Below, one piece after another: positions 54,701 through 64,000 of a stretch of DNA of 64,000 bases. Position numbers and translations under genes: made by a program. Positions within the stretch are counted from its first letter, which is position 1. Each line of letters begins with the position of its first letter. The notes under the pieces were generated by a model. The model worked only from the letters and a program-made list of their open reading frames with translations. It did no database searches and was not told where the DNA came from. Source of the DNA: Mytilus edulis (taxonomy: Eukaryota); contig NC_092351.1 in NCBI RefSeq assembly GCF_963676685.1, positions 20,212,001 through 20,276,000 of the forward strand, read 5' to 3'.

Positions 54701-57700
54701 GATTGCTTCTCTATCATGTCTATATTGATCAAAATCATTTTGTATTGATTTTGAGATTATTATTTTATAAGATATGTAATTAATGTTGACAGAAGAACTA
54801 ATTAATGTTTCCTCTCACTTAAGGACCAAAACATTTTGGTCATATTATGTCTGGCCTCCCCCTTTTAATTTTTCAGCAATATTCTCATCAAATTTCAGAG
54901 AAAATGTATTCACATTGATCTTAATTTACATATACACTTATTTTTTTTATTAAAAGGTTTATCAGACTTCAAATACAATATAATGAAAGGCTCAAATACA
55001 TAATCATAATGAAAAGCTTTTCACAAATACATGTATTAGGGTCCAGGTCATCACAAACTTTCTTATATCTTCAACCTCAGTGACACAAAACATTTAAGCA
55101 AGCAGACACATAAACCCCTTCAAGTTTGGTGTAGTGTACAACCTGTGTGAAATGTATATAGGTATAAACCAACAAAACCCACATCATGCCTTATAACTGT
55201 CTTCTATAGTCATAGTCATGTATTTTTATCGTAACATAAGCTAAATTCTCTGTTATAACTTATCTGATATTCTGTAACTTATTTCCCTTTTAAAAAAGGA
55301 TGGTAGAAAATATTTCATATACCCAGTGCAAGGTAATTTCAAATGTTGAGATTCCTATTCAACTGATTCAGTTTTAAATAATTAGTCAGAAACTTACAGT
55401 ATGAATGTTAATGAAGATAGTGAAGTCTTATTTAGTAAAGTTATTTGAAGATTTGGGAAAACCGTGCATTGTGATAGGACACACCAGCACAAAATAGAAT
55501 GTGTTTCCATAGAAACCTTTAAAATGACCTACCAATATTGTAGTCCACAGCGAATTCTTTGTACGGATCACCTCCAGTTATGCTGTAGATCAATTTGTGA
55601 CCATTTGGACTCGAGGCTTTCACGCTGATGACTGGAGTAAATAATGCTACATCTTCTTTGATGGAGGTGGTATAGAACCGTTTCTCAAATACTGGATGTT
55701 CACTGCCAACTATTGTCACAGTGACATTCACGAAAGAACTTTTCATAGGAGAACCTAAATAAATTTGTTTCAAGAATAGCATTTTAGTATTTTGATGTTA
55801 TTGTTCAATGTTTAAAAAGAATTACATTTTTTGTTAAAATGCATGCAACACTGATGATTTTGTCCAGCTCTAAATACCTTGACAGAATTGATGTAGGGTT
55901 ACTGACACTGGGTGACCCTCATGGATAGTCAAGATCGTTCTAAAACCCCTTAGTAGTACTACAGGTTTGTTTGTTAGTTATTGATGTTTAAAGGCATATA
56001 TGTGAAAATTACAGAAACTGATATACTGATATATTAGATTGTTGATCTATAATGATTATGTTGTAGCCCAAATCCTGTTTTCTTTTCCTCAATTGTGACT
56101 TCAATGAATGCCCCTTATTTATTTCTTTTAACTTGCCATTAATTAGCAACATGACAGGAGCCATGAGTAAAGCAGGAGCAATTTACCCTCCCTTTACACT
56201 AAACATTCAACCCTAGTTTTTTGGGGGGAGTTTAGTTTGATCCATTTTTAGCTTTTCTGTGTGTTGTAACCTGGGTATTTAAAATGTTGTCTCTTTTTTT
56301 GTTTTTTTCCCCCAAGGTATTGTCTGCTTTTCAATTTATTTTTGGTTGACTCTTTTATGCATGAATCTTTTATTCTTTTTTAAAAAGACATGTATAAAAG
56401 ATGTAACAAACAACTTTTCTTAACAACAGATTTGACAAAAGATTATGAATACTTTAAGCATGTTTGAGTCCTCATGTTTTACCTAAATCACTGGCCATTA
56501 CAAACAGTAATATCTGTCCTTCGTCCGACTTCTCTAGTGGATTCATTAACATGACCTGTCCATCCACTTGATCCACAGAGAATTTATCTTTGTATCCCTT
56601 GACCATTGTAAACTCCACCTTCCCATTATCTCCGCTATCTCTATCCTGAACAGTCAACTACAAAACAGGGTATAAATATGTCAACATGCTAAAGACTTGT
56701 CCTAAGTTGAGAAAAAATAATGTTTCAATAGTCTATTTGCCAATTCAATAATTGATCCATAATTTTAGACTTCTTGAGTTACTTCCCTTAGGATGGACAA
56801 ACATTTTCATTGACAATTAAGGGCAAGCAGAACTACTAAATTTGTGTGTGTGCTTAATTTTTACTTTACATCATGACATTCCCTTTCATATTTTGGTAAT
56901 CTAAAAAAAATTGATGTCAATAGTTATTTTTGATAAAAATTGATTAAAACACTAACAATGACTTAGAAGTATACATATTATTATTATGATTATATAGATC
57001 ACTTTTAGCATGGGCAGCAGCCCATTTTGTCGGGCGTAGAATAAGTTTACAATTCACCAAGGGACACAATCCATGTTAAAAGTGTGTTAAACCAGAGTCA
57101 AATTGATATTGGCACATAGACTATTGTTACGTAATAAAACTATTTTTGTTGATCAATATATCCTGGAATGTCTGACAGTTCTAAATAAGTAAAGGAAGTA
57201 TAAATTTAAACAGTATTTTTTTCTTTACAGAATGCACATGTTGTCATAGCTAAGCATACTGCCATCTATAAATCAAAGTATTCGTAAACAGGAAGTATAT
57301 GTCTGGCAGATCCAAAAAAGCGCTCACACATTACAAATACAACTCATCACTGCCAAGAGGCTGACTAAATATGAAGTCACTCTATTACATAACATTTAAA
57401 ATCTATTTTGGGTTTTAAAATATTTAAATTATCATCAGTGATCATATTCAATATATATATTAATCCAGTCATTGTTGCTGGTTGCAATGTTTTAATGTTG
57501 TTTTTAGCATATAAGTTAGGTGATGTTGTTTTTAGCATAAGTTAGGTGATTTTCTTATGAATTGTTTCACATTTTTTGTCATGCTAGTGCCTTTTACAGC
57601 TTAAAATATGATATGAGTTTGCTCATTGTTGAAGTCTGTTCAGAAGCCTATAGTAATTTACAACCCCCTCCTTTTTGTCACATGAAACATTGTCTCATTG

Positions 57701-59949
57701 GGAATCATAACACATCGTTTATTGTTTATAATCGTAATCAATAAATGTGAAGTGTCTCACTCGTAATTGATCCCTTTGGTGTCGTGCACATTCATTTTTA
57801 CAACATCATGAACATAGTACCAAATATTGCTTGAGGATGACGGTGCATAGGTATAATAAGATATTTTCAGTGATAATTTTACATGTTTTTCTTTGAAAGA
57901 GTTCCAACGAGCCTTTTTACAAGTAGAACATAAAATAATAGAGCCCCTGTAAAGAGACTTCAGATAAATATGACAGAACAGCAGCTGTTGATGAAACTGA
58001 GTTTAGAAGAATTGAGTGTATATGATTATGTTTTAAAAATCACTTGTAAATCAAACTATTTGGTACTTATGATAAATTAATGGGATATTGTACTTACATT
58101 AACATGATTAAGCAATAACTGTATAATATTCTAATTGGTACTTTATTATAATGGTTTGGTGTACTAACATTAAGCATTAACCCTATAATATTCTAAAAGA
58201 AAACATACACATATGCTCACAGCAACATGAAAATTGTGTATCTAAGTAACTGCTTATGACAACCATTTTGAGTTTTTTTACTTGTACCGGTAATACTTGA
58301 AATTTGTGGGTTTTCTTTTACTAGTAAGCGCTCATAATTTGCAATGACATTAAAGTTGTTTGATAGAAATGCACCAAACTTTCAATACAAATCTATGTTT
58401 TTATGTTCACTGTTGACTTGAGAAGACATCAGAAATAACAAATTTATGCCTACCTGTCTAACAGGTGTTCCAACTTTGGCAGTAATGGCAACAACTGTAT
58501 CATATGGCTGATTGAGAAACACAGGGCTGTTATCATTCTCATCCTCAATATTGACCTTTACTACAACATGTGCTTTACGAGGTGGGTCACTTAAATCCTC
58601 GACACTAACAACTAGATTGTAATTAGAAATATTCTCTCGGTCAAAAATTTTCTGTTTGGTTTGGAGAACACCAGAGGTTTGCCCCATGGTGAACATATCA
58701 TTTCCATTTAAAAGATTGAATACTAAGGGATCGTTTGCAAAGTTCACTACTTGAACAACCATCAGATTGTCACTTATTTCCTTGTTTTCTGGAATGGTCA
58801 CATGATATTCTTGTGAACTAAACACTAATCCACTACTGTGTGATGTTTTCACAGTAATATTAACAAATGAAGTTGTTTGAAACTTTCCATCTGAAGCTTC
58901 CACTGTTAAACTATAGCTTGTTTTAAGTTCATTAGTATTTGTCACAGTAATTAATCCTGATAACGGATCTATGTTGAAATGACTGCCACCATTGTTGTCA
59001 TGTAAAATTCGATACTTGACATTCTGCGATGATTTTGTATCTGGGTCAGTTGCTGTGACCTGCGTGACACGTACATCTTTGGCTGTAGGTAACAGAAGGA
59101 TTGCAGAGAGTCCCTTTGGCATGAATACGGGGGCATGGTCATTTACATCTTCTATATGTATTATAACTTTGGCTGGTTGGTGTGATTTTAACGCTGGACT
59201 TCCCTGGTCAGAAACATCAACACTAAATTCAATCTTATCCATTGTTTCATGATCCAGAAGAACAGCAGTTCTAATTGCTCCTGTATTTGTATCAATTACA
59301 AAATATTTTTTAGCCTCCTCATCAATAATTGAAAATTTTAGTCGGCCGTTATCATTTTCGTCCAGATCAGTAGCGTGAATGACAAGCGGTTTATTGTCTG
59401 TTGTTACGACAACACTTGCAATCTGAGCTGCTTCAGAAATAGTTCCCTCGTAAATCTGCTGACTGAATTCGGGGGTATTATCATTGATATCAATAACGTG
59501 TATTTTAACAGTAGTCAAAGCAGAATAACCAACAATGTTAGCAGCTGATACCATCAAATCATATGATTTCACTTGTTCATAATCTATTTTATTTTTCACA
59601 TAAATCACACCAGAATTTGGATTAATAGCGAACTTGTCGCCTTCGTTTCCTTGGATTATTTCATAATAAACTGATGACTGACTCTTTGCTTCTAAAACAG
59701 CAACATTAGATCCTATTTTAATATCCTCATTTATTTCTGCTATGTAGTTAGTGCCAGTAAATTTTGGAGGCGCATTATTGGAAATTGTGATGTATATATT
59801 GACTGTGGCAGTACTGCTTTGTGGTGGTCTTCCTTGATCTGATGCCTTTACAATGAGACTATATTCTGCTCTCTGGTTTTTGTCAAGCTGTCTTTTGACA
59901 CTGATCAATCCAAGAGTTTCATCGATCTCAAACATGTCTCCAATGTTAC
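23956..59949 (-). CDS. FAT1: Fat-like atypical cadherin (FAT1/2/3 - fat2/kugelei group); multi-exon, 5' part outside the window
   Basis: 25 GT-AG exons join in frame (~9.18 kb coding). Cadherin motifs (DxNDNxP, LDRE, AxDxG), EGF repeats, single LamG, TM segment, FAT1-type cytoplasmic motifs PPVPDRPASYTPS, YHWDASDW, FPDPPEEF and C-terminal HTQV (human FAT1 ends HTEV). Confidence 0.93.
26626..26661 (-). CDS. FAT1: Candidate alternative cytoplasmic exon, 36 nt (AASKSGRRKKRK) or 15 nt via internal donor
   Basis: cttctttttccatgcag acceptor; donors gtagcc (36 nt) and gtagac (15 nt), both frame-preserving. Confidence 0.6.
27579..27842. mobile_element. TTAA-type MITE in Fat intron
   Basis: TTAA|GATGGTACCCAACAC ... 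GTGTTAGGTACCACC|TTCA. Confidence 0.65.
28565..28678 (-). CDS. FAT1: Fat-like cytoplasmic exon, not in ORF track
   Basis: DKNHPEKLYIKNIPGPQVGPPDNVSFSSLPVSESEDEP; accag / gtgaga; 114 nt symmetric phase 1. Confidence 0.8.
29203..29703 (-). CDS. FAT1: Fat-like exon (TM and proximal cytoplasmic tail)
   Basis: GVAGGIIVLAFLFVAIQCIRRRQ...PPVPDRPASYTPS...NYGSAADELE; ttcag / gtatac. Confidence 0.9.
30310..30772. repeat. HINE-like repeat with two internal tandem units
   Basis: AACAAGAATGTGTCC...duplicated CACTATCATTTTCTATGTTCAGTGGACC...GGGGCATAAAAA. Confidence 0.7.
30891..31088 (-). CDS. FAT1: Fat-like exon (EGF, start of TM)
   Basis: CRSNPCMNGATC...EELFIII; tacag / gttagt. Confidence 0.9.
31457..32815. 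repeat. HINE-like element with ~8 tandem units of ~125-135 bp and a GAA/TAA microsatellite
   Basis: AAGTCTCCCAAACAAAG (~31490) inverted at ~32797; repeated TTCATTTG..TTTTATTGTCCC..ACAAGAATA..GGTTTAGGGGTGGG. Confidence 0.7.
32959..33135 (-). CDS. FAT1: Fat-like exon (EGF), not in ORF track
   Basis: QCINK...FECRCPSPFRGKFCEYGKYC...CNCLGGFE; tttag / gtgaga. Confidence 0.9.
33501..33647 (-). CDS. FAT1: Fat-like exon (EGF)
   Basis: ICSTFPCDNNGNC...CEIDKDPCANSPCQNK; tccag / gtaagt. Confidence 0.9.
34000..34402 (-). CDS. FAT1: Fat-like exon (laminin G, C-part)
   Basis: FNCGSGEG...SDGEWHTV...GFEGCM; tttag / gtatgt. Confidence 0.9.
34884..35047 (-). CDS. FAT1: Fat-like exon (laminin G, N-part)
   Basis: MTFSGKSYAKW...DYSILE; ttcag / gtaaag. 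Confidence 0.9.
35425..35598 (-). CDS. FAT1: Fat-like exon (EGF)
   Basis: CDKIPAVCPSDACPDSKMC...CVCPPGMSGQHC; ttcag / gtagga. Confidence 0.88.
36114..37164 (-). CDS. FAT1: Fat-like exon (last cadherin repeats, membrane-proximal region with KRRKR, Cys-rich EGF-like end)
   Basis: ORF 36094..37047 extends to acceptor aacag|GAG; donor gtaggg. Confidence 0.92.
38241..38258 (-). CDS. FAT1: Candidate 18-nt Fat microexon (RPREGN)
   Basis: tgccattcactgcattcacag|AGGCCACGTGAGGGGAAT|gtaagta; in frame in a phase-0 intron; UGCAUG at 38209-38214. Confidence 0.55.
39032..39166 (-). CDS. FAT1: Fat-like exon (cadherin)
   Basis: VNNFELTIKASDG...DVNDCPP...SAVIQ; ttcag / gtaggt. Confidence 0.9.
39453..39584 (-). 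CDS. FAT1: Fat-like exon (cadherin)
   Basis: LTASDAD...LDREM; tacag / gtatgg. Confidence 0.9.
40058..40272 (-). CDS. FAT1: Fat-like exon (cadherin)
   Basis: MIQVAKTLDHE...DVNDNQP; ttcag / gtaagt. Confidence 0.9.
40699..40936 (-). CDS. FAT1: Fat-like exon (cadherin), not in ORF track
   Basis: GNPSKTG...QDENDNPPEF; tttag / gtaagt. Confidence 0.9.
41231..41379 (-). CDS. FAT1: Fat-like exon (cadherin), not in ORF track
   Basis: INRQVKYNLKDDADGSFTLDPETG...LDRE; ttcag / gtgagt. Confidence 0.9.
41940..42173 (-). CDS. FAT1: Fat-like exon (cadherin)
   Basis: ILTVKSELDREE...DINDNSP; tttag / gtaaat. Confidence 0.9.
42698..42860 (-). CDS. FAT1: Fat-like exon (cadherin)
   Basis: PIHPLILSEEKSVG...ATDADD; tgcag / gtaagc. 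Confidence 0.9.
43260..44311 (-). CDS. FAT1: Fat-like exon (cadherin repeats)
   Basis: ORF 43230..44303; ttcag / gtttgt; phases fit neighbours. Confidence 0.92.
44472..45562 (-). mobile_element. Complete HINE-like element (same family as 19276-20290) in Fat intron
   Basis: Reverse-complement match; retains the ACAAGAGTGCACAC end. Confidence 0.75.
45688..45817 (-). CDS. FAT1: Fat-like exon (cadherin)
   Basis: IEAVDMDKGPGG...; aacag / gtaata. Confidence 0.88.
46100..46308 (-). CDS. FAT1: Fat-like exon (cadherin)
   Basis: EIFSEFDFDRE...DLNDNPP; tgcag / gtaatt. Confidence 0.9.
46595..47414 (-). CDS. FAT1: Fat-like exon (cadherin repeats)
   Basis: ORF 46545..47411 bounded by canonical splice sites. 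Confidence 0.92.
47842..47963 (-). CDS. FAT1: Fat-like exon (cadherin), not in ORF track
   Basis: VISVVSPLDYESTKGYDLTLTAKDVKTG...; ttcag / gtaagt. Confidence 0.9.
48165..48632. repeat. Minisatellite, ~54-bp unit x ~8.5
   Basis: CAACAACAAAGAGCTAAACTTTTCTACTGTAAACAATCTTTACAAGGGCAATTC repeated. Confidence 0.9.
49114..51654. mobile_element. 2.5-kb TTAA-flanked non-autonomous DNA transposon (Kolobok-type) in Fat intron
   Basis: TTAA|AGGGAAAATTCGC ... GCGAATTTTCCCT|TTAA. Confidence 0.78.
50652..50681. mobile_element. Second P-superfamily-like footprint (17 + 2 + 11 nt; 7-bp TSD)
   Basis: ATAACAT|CAAGGATTTGTATAGTA-AA-ACAAATCCTTG|ATAACAT. Confidence 0.7.
53355..53375 (-). CDS. FAT1: Candidate 21-nt Fat microexon (G-KDVLGP-C)
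   Basis: ttttgtttactcctaaataag|GCAAAGATGTGCTGGGTCCAT|gtgagt; frame-preserving in a phase-1 intron; UGCAUG at 53291-53296. Confidence 0.7.
55533..55754 (-). CDS. FAT1: Fat-like exon (cadherin)
   Basis: GSPMKSS...FAVDYNI; tttag / gtaggt. Confidence 0.9.
56483..56657 (-). CDS. FAT1: Fat-like exon (cadherin)
   Basis: LTVQDRDSGDNG...ASDL; tgtag acceptor, gtaaaa donor; phase consistent. Confidence 0.9.
58454..59949 (-). CDS. FAT1: Fat-like exon (cadherin repeats)
   Basis: ORF 58382..59935; acceptor ttcag|GT and donor CAG|gtagg; 1496 nt. Confidence 0.93.
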
Positions 59950-59984
59950 CTGAAAAAGAATGAGATTTAGAATGAAGTTTACAA

Positions 59985-60095
59985 AGATTTATTAAGTTTA
60001 GTATTGAGAGTTTAATCAGTTAGATTTATTAAGTTTAGTATTGAGAGTTTAATCAGTTAGATTTATTAAGTTTAGTATTGAGAGTTTAATCAGTT
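59985..60095. repeat. Perfect 37-bp tandem triplication
   Basis: AGATTTATTAAGTTTAGTATTGAGAGTTTAATCAGTT x3. Confidence 0.9.
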
Positions 60096-62185
60096 AAGTC
60101 CAGACTCCAGAGACTCTCAACAATCAATAAGGTTTAAAATGTAAAACTCATAATTCATATATAACCAGATGGCCTTCTTTGTACTTTTTTTTTATTATAC
60201 TAAAGCCAAGTGAAGAAAAATATTAAAGGAAATAGAGTTATCCCCCTTTGACTGTACTTGCTCATCAGATGTAACTTGCTCTTCAAAATAAACTATAATA
60301 GACATTTGATTTCATTATTTATAAACTTTGACAGTTGTGTATTGAAGCTTATCTATCTTCATCAATAGCCAAGCATAAAACATTTAGCCTTGAAGAGCTT
60401 TCCTTTTTTTACATGAATACAATTTTCATATTGCACCAAAACATTTACAAACTTATTAACTTTGAATTAAAAACATTTTATGGGACACATAAGCAAGAAA
60501 ATGCAATTTAACATTTCTGCAAATGTATTTAATGGTTAATTTATTTCTATTTCACATGAACAATTTACAATTCTTAAATAGTAACTTTTCATATTTGAAT
60601 AGGTACCAATTTGTGATATCTGTGAAGTTTATTTTAAAAGTTCTTTAATGGATTTTTCAGTTCCTATTAAACTATAAGATCTATAAAATAGTACATTAAT
60701 TCATATCTAAAATCTTTTGAAATATAAATATTTGCCCCTAGTTTACAACAAGACATAAATAAATGCTAAATGATTTGAAAAAAAATCACTATTCATAACA
60801 TGCACCAGAATTTCTTTGCAGTGGCAACTAATTTGTTTTACTTCAATGGATTTCTTCTTTTATTTAAACAAGCTTTAAGTTGTATGACCTAGATGCAAAC
60901 TGAACAAACAATTTTAAAGATAAAATTTTAAACTATTTTAACTAAACAGATTCATTCCAACATGAAAAAAAATATCCAAAATTTAACAGAAAGATTGGAT
61001 TGTTGCATTGTATTATATTTATAAGTTAAAGGCACTGTTACACCATGGTTAGGTGACTATAGCAGACTATGCAGTATGGGCTTTGCTCATTGTTGAAGGC
61101 CGTACAGTGACCTATAGTTGTTAATTTCTGTGTCATTTTGGTCTCTTGTGGAGAGTTGTCTCATCGGCAATCATACCACATCTTCTTTTTTATAAGCTAA
61201 AATCTAATCTTTTTAAAAAAAATCATGGAAAACATGGGAAAAGTATGTGAAAAACTGTATCACTAAAATATGTCTCTTAATAAATATTTTTACTTTTTAA
61301 TTAATTTGTCAGTGATCCTTTATGGAATAGACATTATTTGAGATTTGTCAAAACACATTCCCCGATCATAAAGATGAAGAATGCCTTTTTTGGAGGTCAA
61401 ATGTAACCTGTAGTAGATATATGAAAGGTATGTCATACATCTTGTTAAAGTAAGCAACAGTTATATAATTGTTTCATGTCAAAAGACATCTTTCAATATG
61501 ATATAACCATCTCAGCAAAAAATTCATTAATAGGCAGCATTTTCATAGCCAATTATTTCTCACAATATGCACTACAAAAACACCCATGCACATAATTATT
61601 TCTATTTATTTTTACGCTGGATTGATCAAGAATATCTGTGTCTAATGTTTATATCTTACAAAATATGCTTTAATCTTTAACTTTTTTTTATCAGGTTAAC
61701 AATTCATTTAGCAGAAACCTCCATCAGAGGTAAAAACAGGGTAGTTTCAAACATAAATGTCCTGTTTTTAAAAAAAATTCACAAGCAGCTGTATGAAAAT
61801 TATGTAAATAAAAAGCTATTTCAAAATAATGCAGCATGTCTTTATAGGTACATAAATGTAACCATAATTATCAATTTCTTGTGTCCTTTTCCCCTACTGA
61901 ACAAACATGGTTCCTCTTGTACCCTAAGAGGGACATTAATATTCTGTTTGCATCGACTGCAACACACACATTTGATATCCAATCTCCATATAAAATAGAA
62001 ATTAATGTCCAAGGTTACAATATTGAAAGGAGGTTAGGTAACGTTAACCTTGAAAAAGTACTTCAAAATACAAAAGAAAGACTATTAAATATCTTTTAAT
62101 AAATACATAATATAATTTCATCTTCCTTTTAAGTATACGTTTGGTTCCGATTTCTCAAAATTGTCATTAAAATCCATGTTTCATC

Positions 62186-62204
62186 TGACCTTTGTTTGAC
62201 CTTT
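62186..62204 (-). promoter_or_regulatory. Perfect DR5 (AGGTCA-N5-AGGTCA) whose half-sites are both NBRE octamers
   Basis: Plus strand TGACCT-TTGTT-TGACCT-TT; flanked by E-boxes and TAATTA. Confidence 0.35.
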
Positions 62205-64000
62205 CTAAAGAGTGAACAAAAATCTGAGGTCAGATGTGCAGCAGCTGACATAATTAAACATGGCATTAATGCCTTATATAGACCTATAAAGTGTCCAAAG
62301 GTCGGCTTACAGTAGCTTTAATGATTGGATTGTGTGATTCTGTGCAATTCAGATGTACAGTACAAGAACTTAATGTCAGGGGTAAAATTGAAACACGGAA
62401 AAAAAAATAGTTTGTGAAAGATATACTTGCTTGATGCAGATATTTTCATTTAATTTTTTTCATCAATATATACACAATCTCACTTTCTCTTGTGAAAAAT
62501 GATTTTTGTCATGCAAAATGTTGATATCAATATGCTTAAGTATATTTGGGTAAAAAGCAATTTATTTTTGGTCAATTTCTATTGGATATTATAGTCCATA
62601 TTGTGTATACTTAGCCACTTTGCTAAATTTGGGTAAAGATTAATGGCCATGTTTAGTATGATATAAAACCCTTGAACTGTTTAACTAGACTTTAAAGTAC
62701 TTTTCACTGTCCATCTGTGTAAAATTTTCAATAAATATGTCTTTGAATAGGATAATAAGCATAAAATTAAATTTATAAATAAAGTGCTAGGTGAAAGCCA
62801 CTTTAAAGTCAAATCATCAAATTCTCATAACTTTAAAATCAATTGTGAAGAATAAACATAATTTCCATTTAACTTCTTAATAAAATATACAAACACAATT
62901 AGAATGTGTGAAATAAAAGAGCCTATGTTAGCGTCCACTCTACCATTACCATAAAAGGTAAAGCAGGGGTTTGTGTTTATGAATAAATAATGATTTAATG
63001 ATAGTTGTTCAAATTTTCTGCTCCTATGACTTTGTCACTTTGTAGACCATTTTGTCCACACCACCTCTGAGGCTAAATTGGGTCTTTTCATTGCATTGAA
63101 TTTCAATGAACATAAAGTTTGTACTTAAAAAAATCATAAATGAATTATTTAATATCTTTCTAACACAGCTGCCAATTTTGTGATGAAATGACAAATTTAA
63201 AATCAATTCCTATGCAAAACATGTTGTCCAAATCTTACGAAACCTGTAGGAACCTCTTTCAGAGGGTTATAAAAATTCACTTAGTACCTATCATTCAATA
63301 TAAGGTAATAAAACAGTACTCATTCACCTTGTAATCAAAGGAAATTTGATGGTTTTAACCACAAGTACTTTGTACAAGTACTTGATGGTCTCAGATTAGC
63401 ATGTTGATAACCTCCCAATTAAATATCAATTAAATGTTTGTCATATATTTATAGGGGTACACCAACACATTAACACCCTTCAATGAAGTAATTTAGAAAA
63501 CATTGGAATGATGTATTCATTCATCAAAATTTTGAAGAGAAATTTAAGAATTTTGTTTATCTTTAAATTAAATCGCTTCCCCCACTACTCTTTTTGAAAC
63601 TTAAAAGAAAATGACGGTTCATATATTTTATATTAGAAGTGTGATGTATGCAGAAGAGATTAGACTGTAAACCTGGTAACAAATTTGCACCTAACCCATT
63701 GAATAAGAAATTTCTGCTTCTAAATATTGTATTACACCAAGTTCCATGTAACTTCAAGTTTTAATAATGAATGCATCACTTTACTGTAGGGTAAAAGCAG
63801 GAAAAAACATCATTATAACCATATTAGAGCTGAATGTGTAAGGGGGACACCTTTCAGTCACACTTCTACACCTACCAGATTGAATACTGTAGGCTATCTC
63901 AGCATTTTCTCCTTTATCATCATCAAGGGCAATAACTTCCACTACAGATGTCCCTACAGCGGCAGATTCAAATACTCTCCCTTCTATGGTACTGGATAAA

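Noticed and set aside
55398-55426. AG...GTAAGT-bounded 29-nt segment as a microexon
   Set aside because: Not a multiple of three and lacks a good pyrimidine tract.
24123-59252. Plus-strand ORFs overlapping Fat exons (e.g. 24123..24596, 36154..36574, 43422..43836, 58992..59252)
   Set aside because: Antisense shadows of real coding exons with no domain signal.
59950-64000. Further upstream Fat exons
   Set aside because: No cadherin-like frame with splice sites seen; treated as part of a long intron.

Overview
AT-rich, intron-containing animal genomic DNA; the repeat families and gene content suggest a bivalve, most likely Mytilus (inference). There is no prokaryotic operon or CRISPR array. 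The right ~40 kb is the 3' two-thirds of a minus-strand Fat-like (FAT1/2/3, Drosophila fat2/kug group) atypical cadherin: 25 GT-AG exons that join in frame (~3,060 codons: cadherin repeats, EGF, one LamG, EGFs, TM, tail ending HTQV). I also read three candidate frame-preserving micro/alternative exons (21, 18 and 36/15 nt) absent from the ORF track. The left ~21 kb holds an intronless non-alpha Cys-loop (nAChR-like) gene whose signal peptide sits one base out of frame, a decayed LINE, and densely nested DNA transposons. Highlights: (i) two different ~3.5-kb elements with CAC termini and 5-bp TSDs (Transib/RAG-transposon hallmark), one carrying a C2H2 zinc-finger gene tail-to-tail with an unknown gene; (ii) two independent 30-39-bp scars (TIR stubs up to 17 nt, 7-bp TSD) that look like P-element excision footprints; (iii) the Fat microexons with UGCAUG sites; (iv) a perfect DR5/double-NBRE element in a Fat intron. 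Splice and TE calls were read by eye and need RNA-seq or database confirmation.
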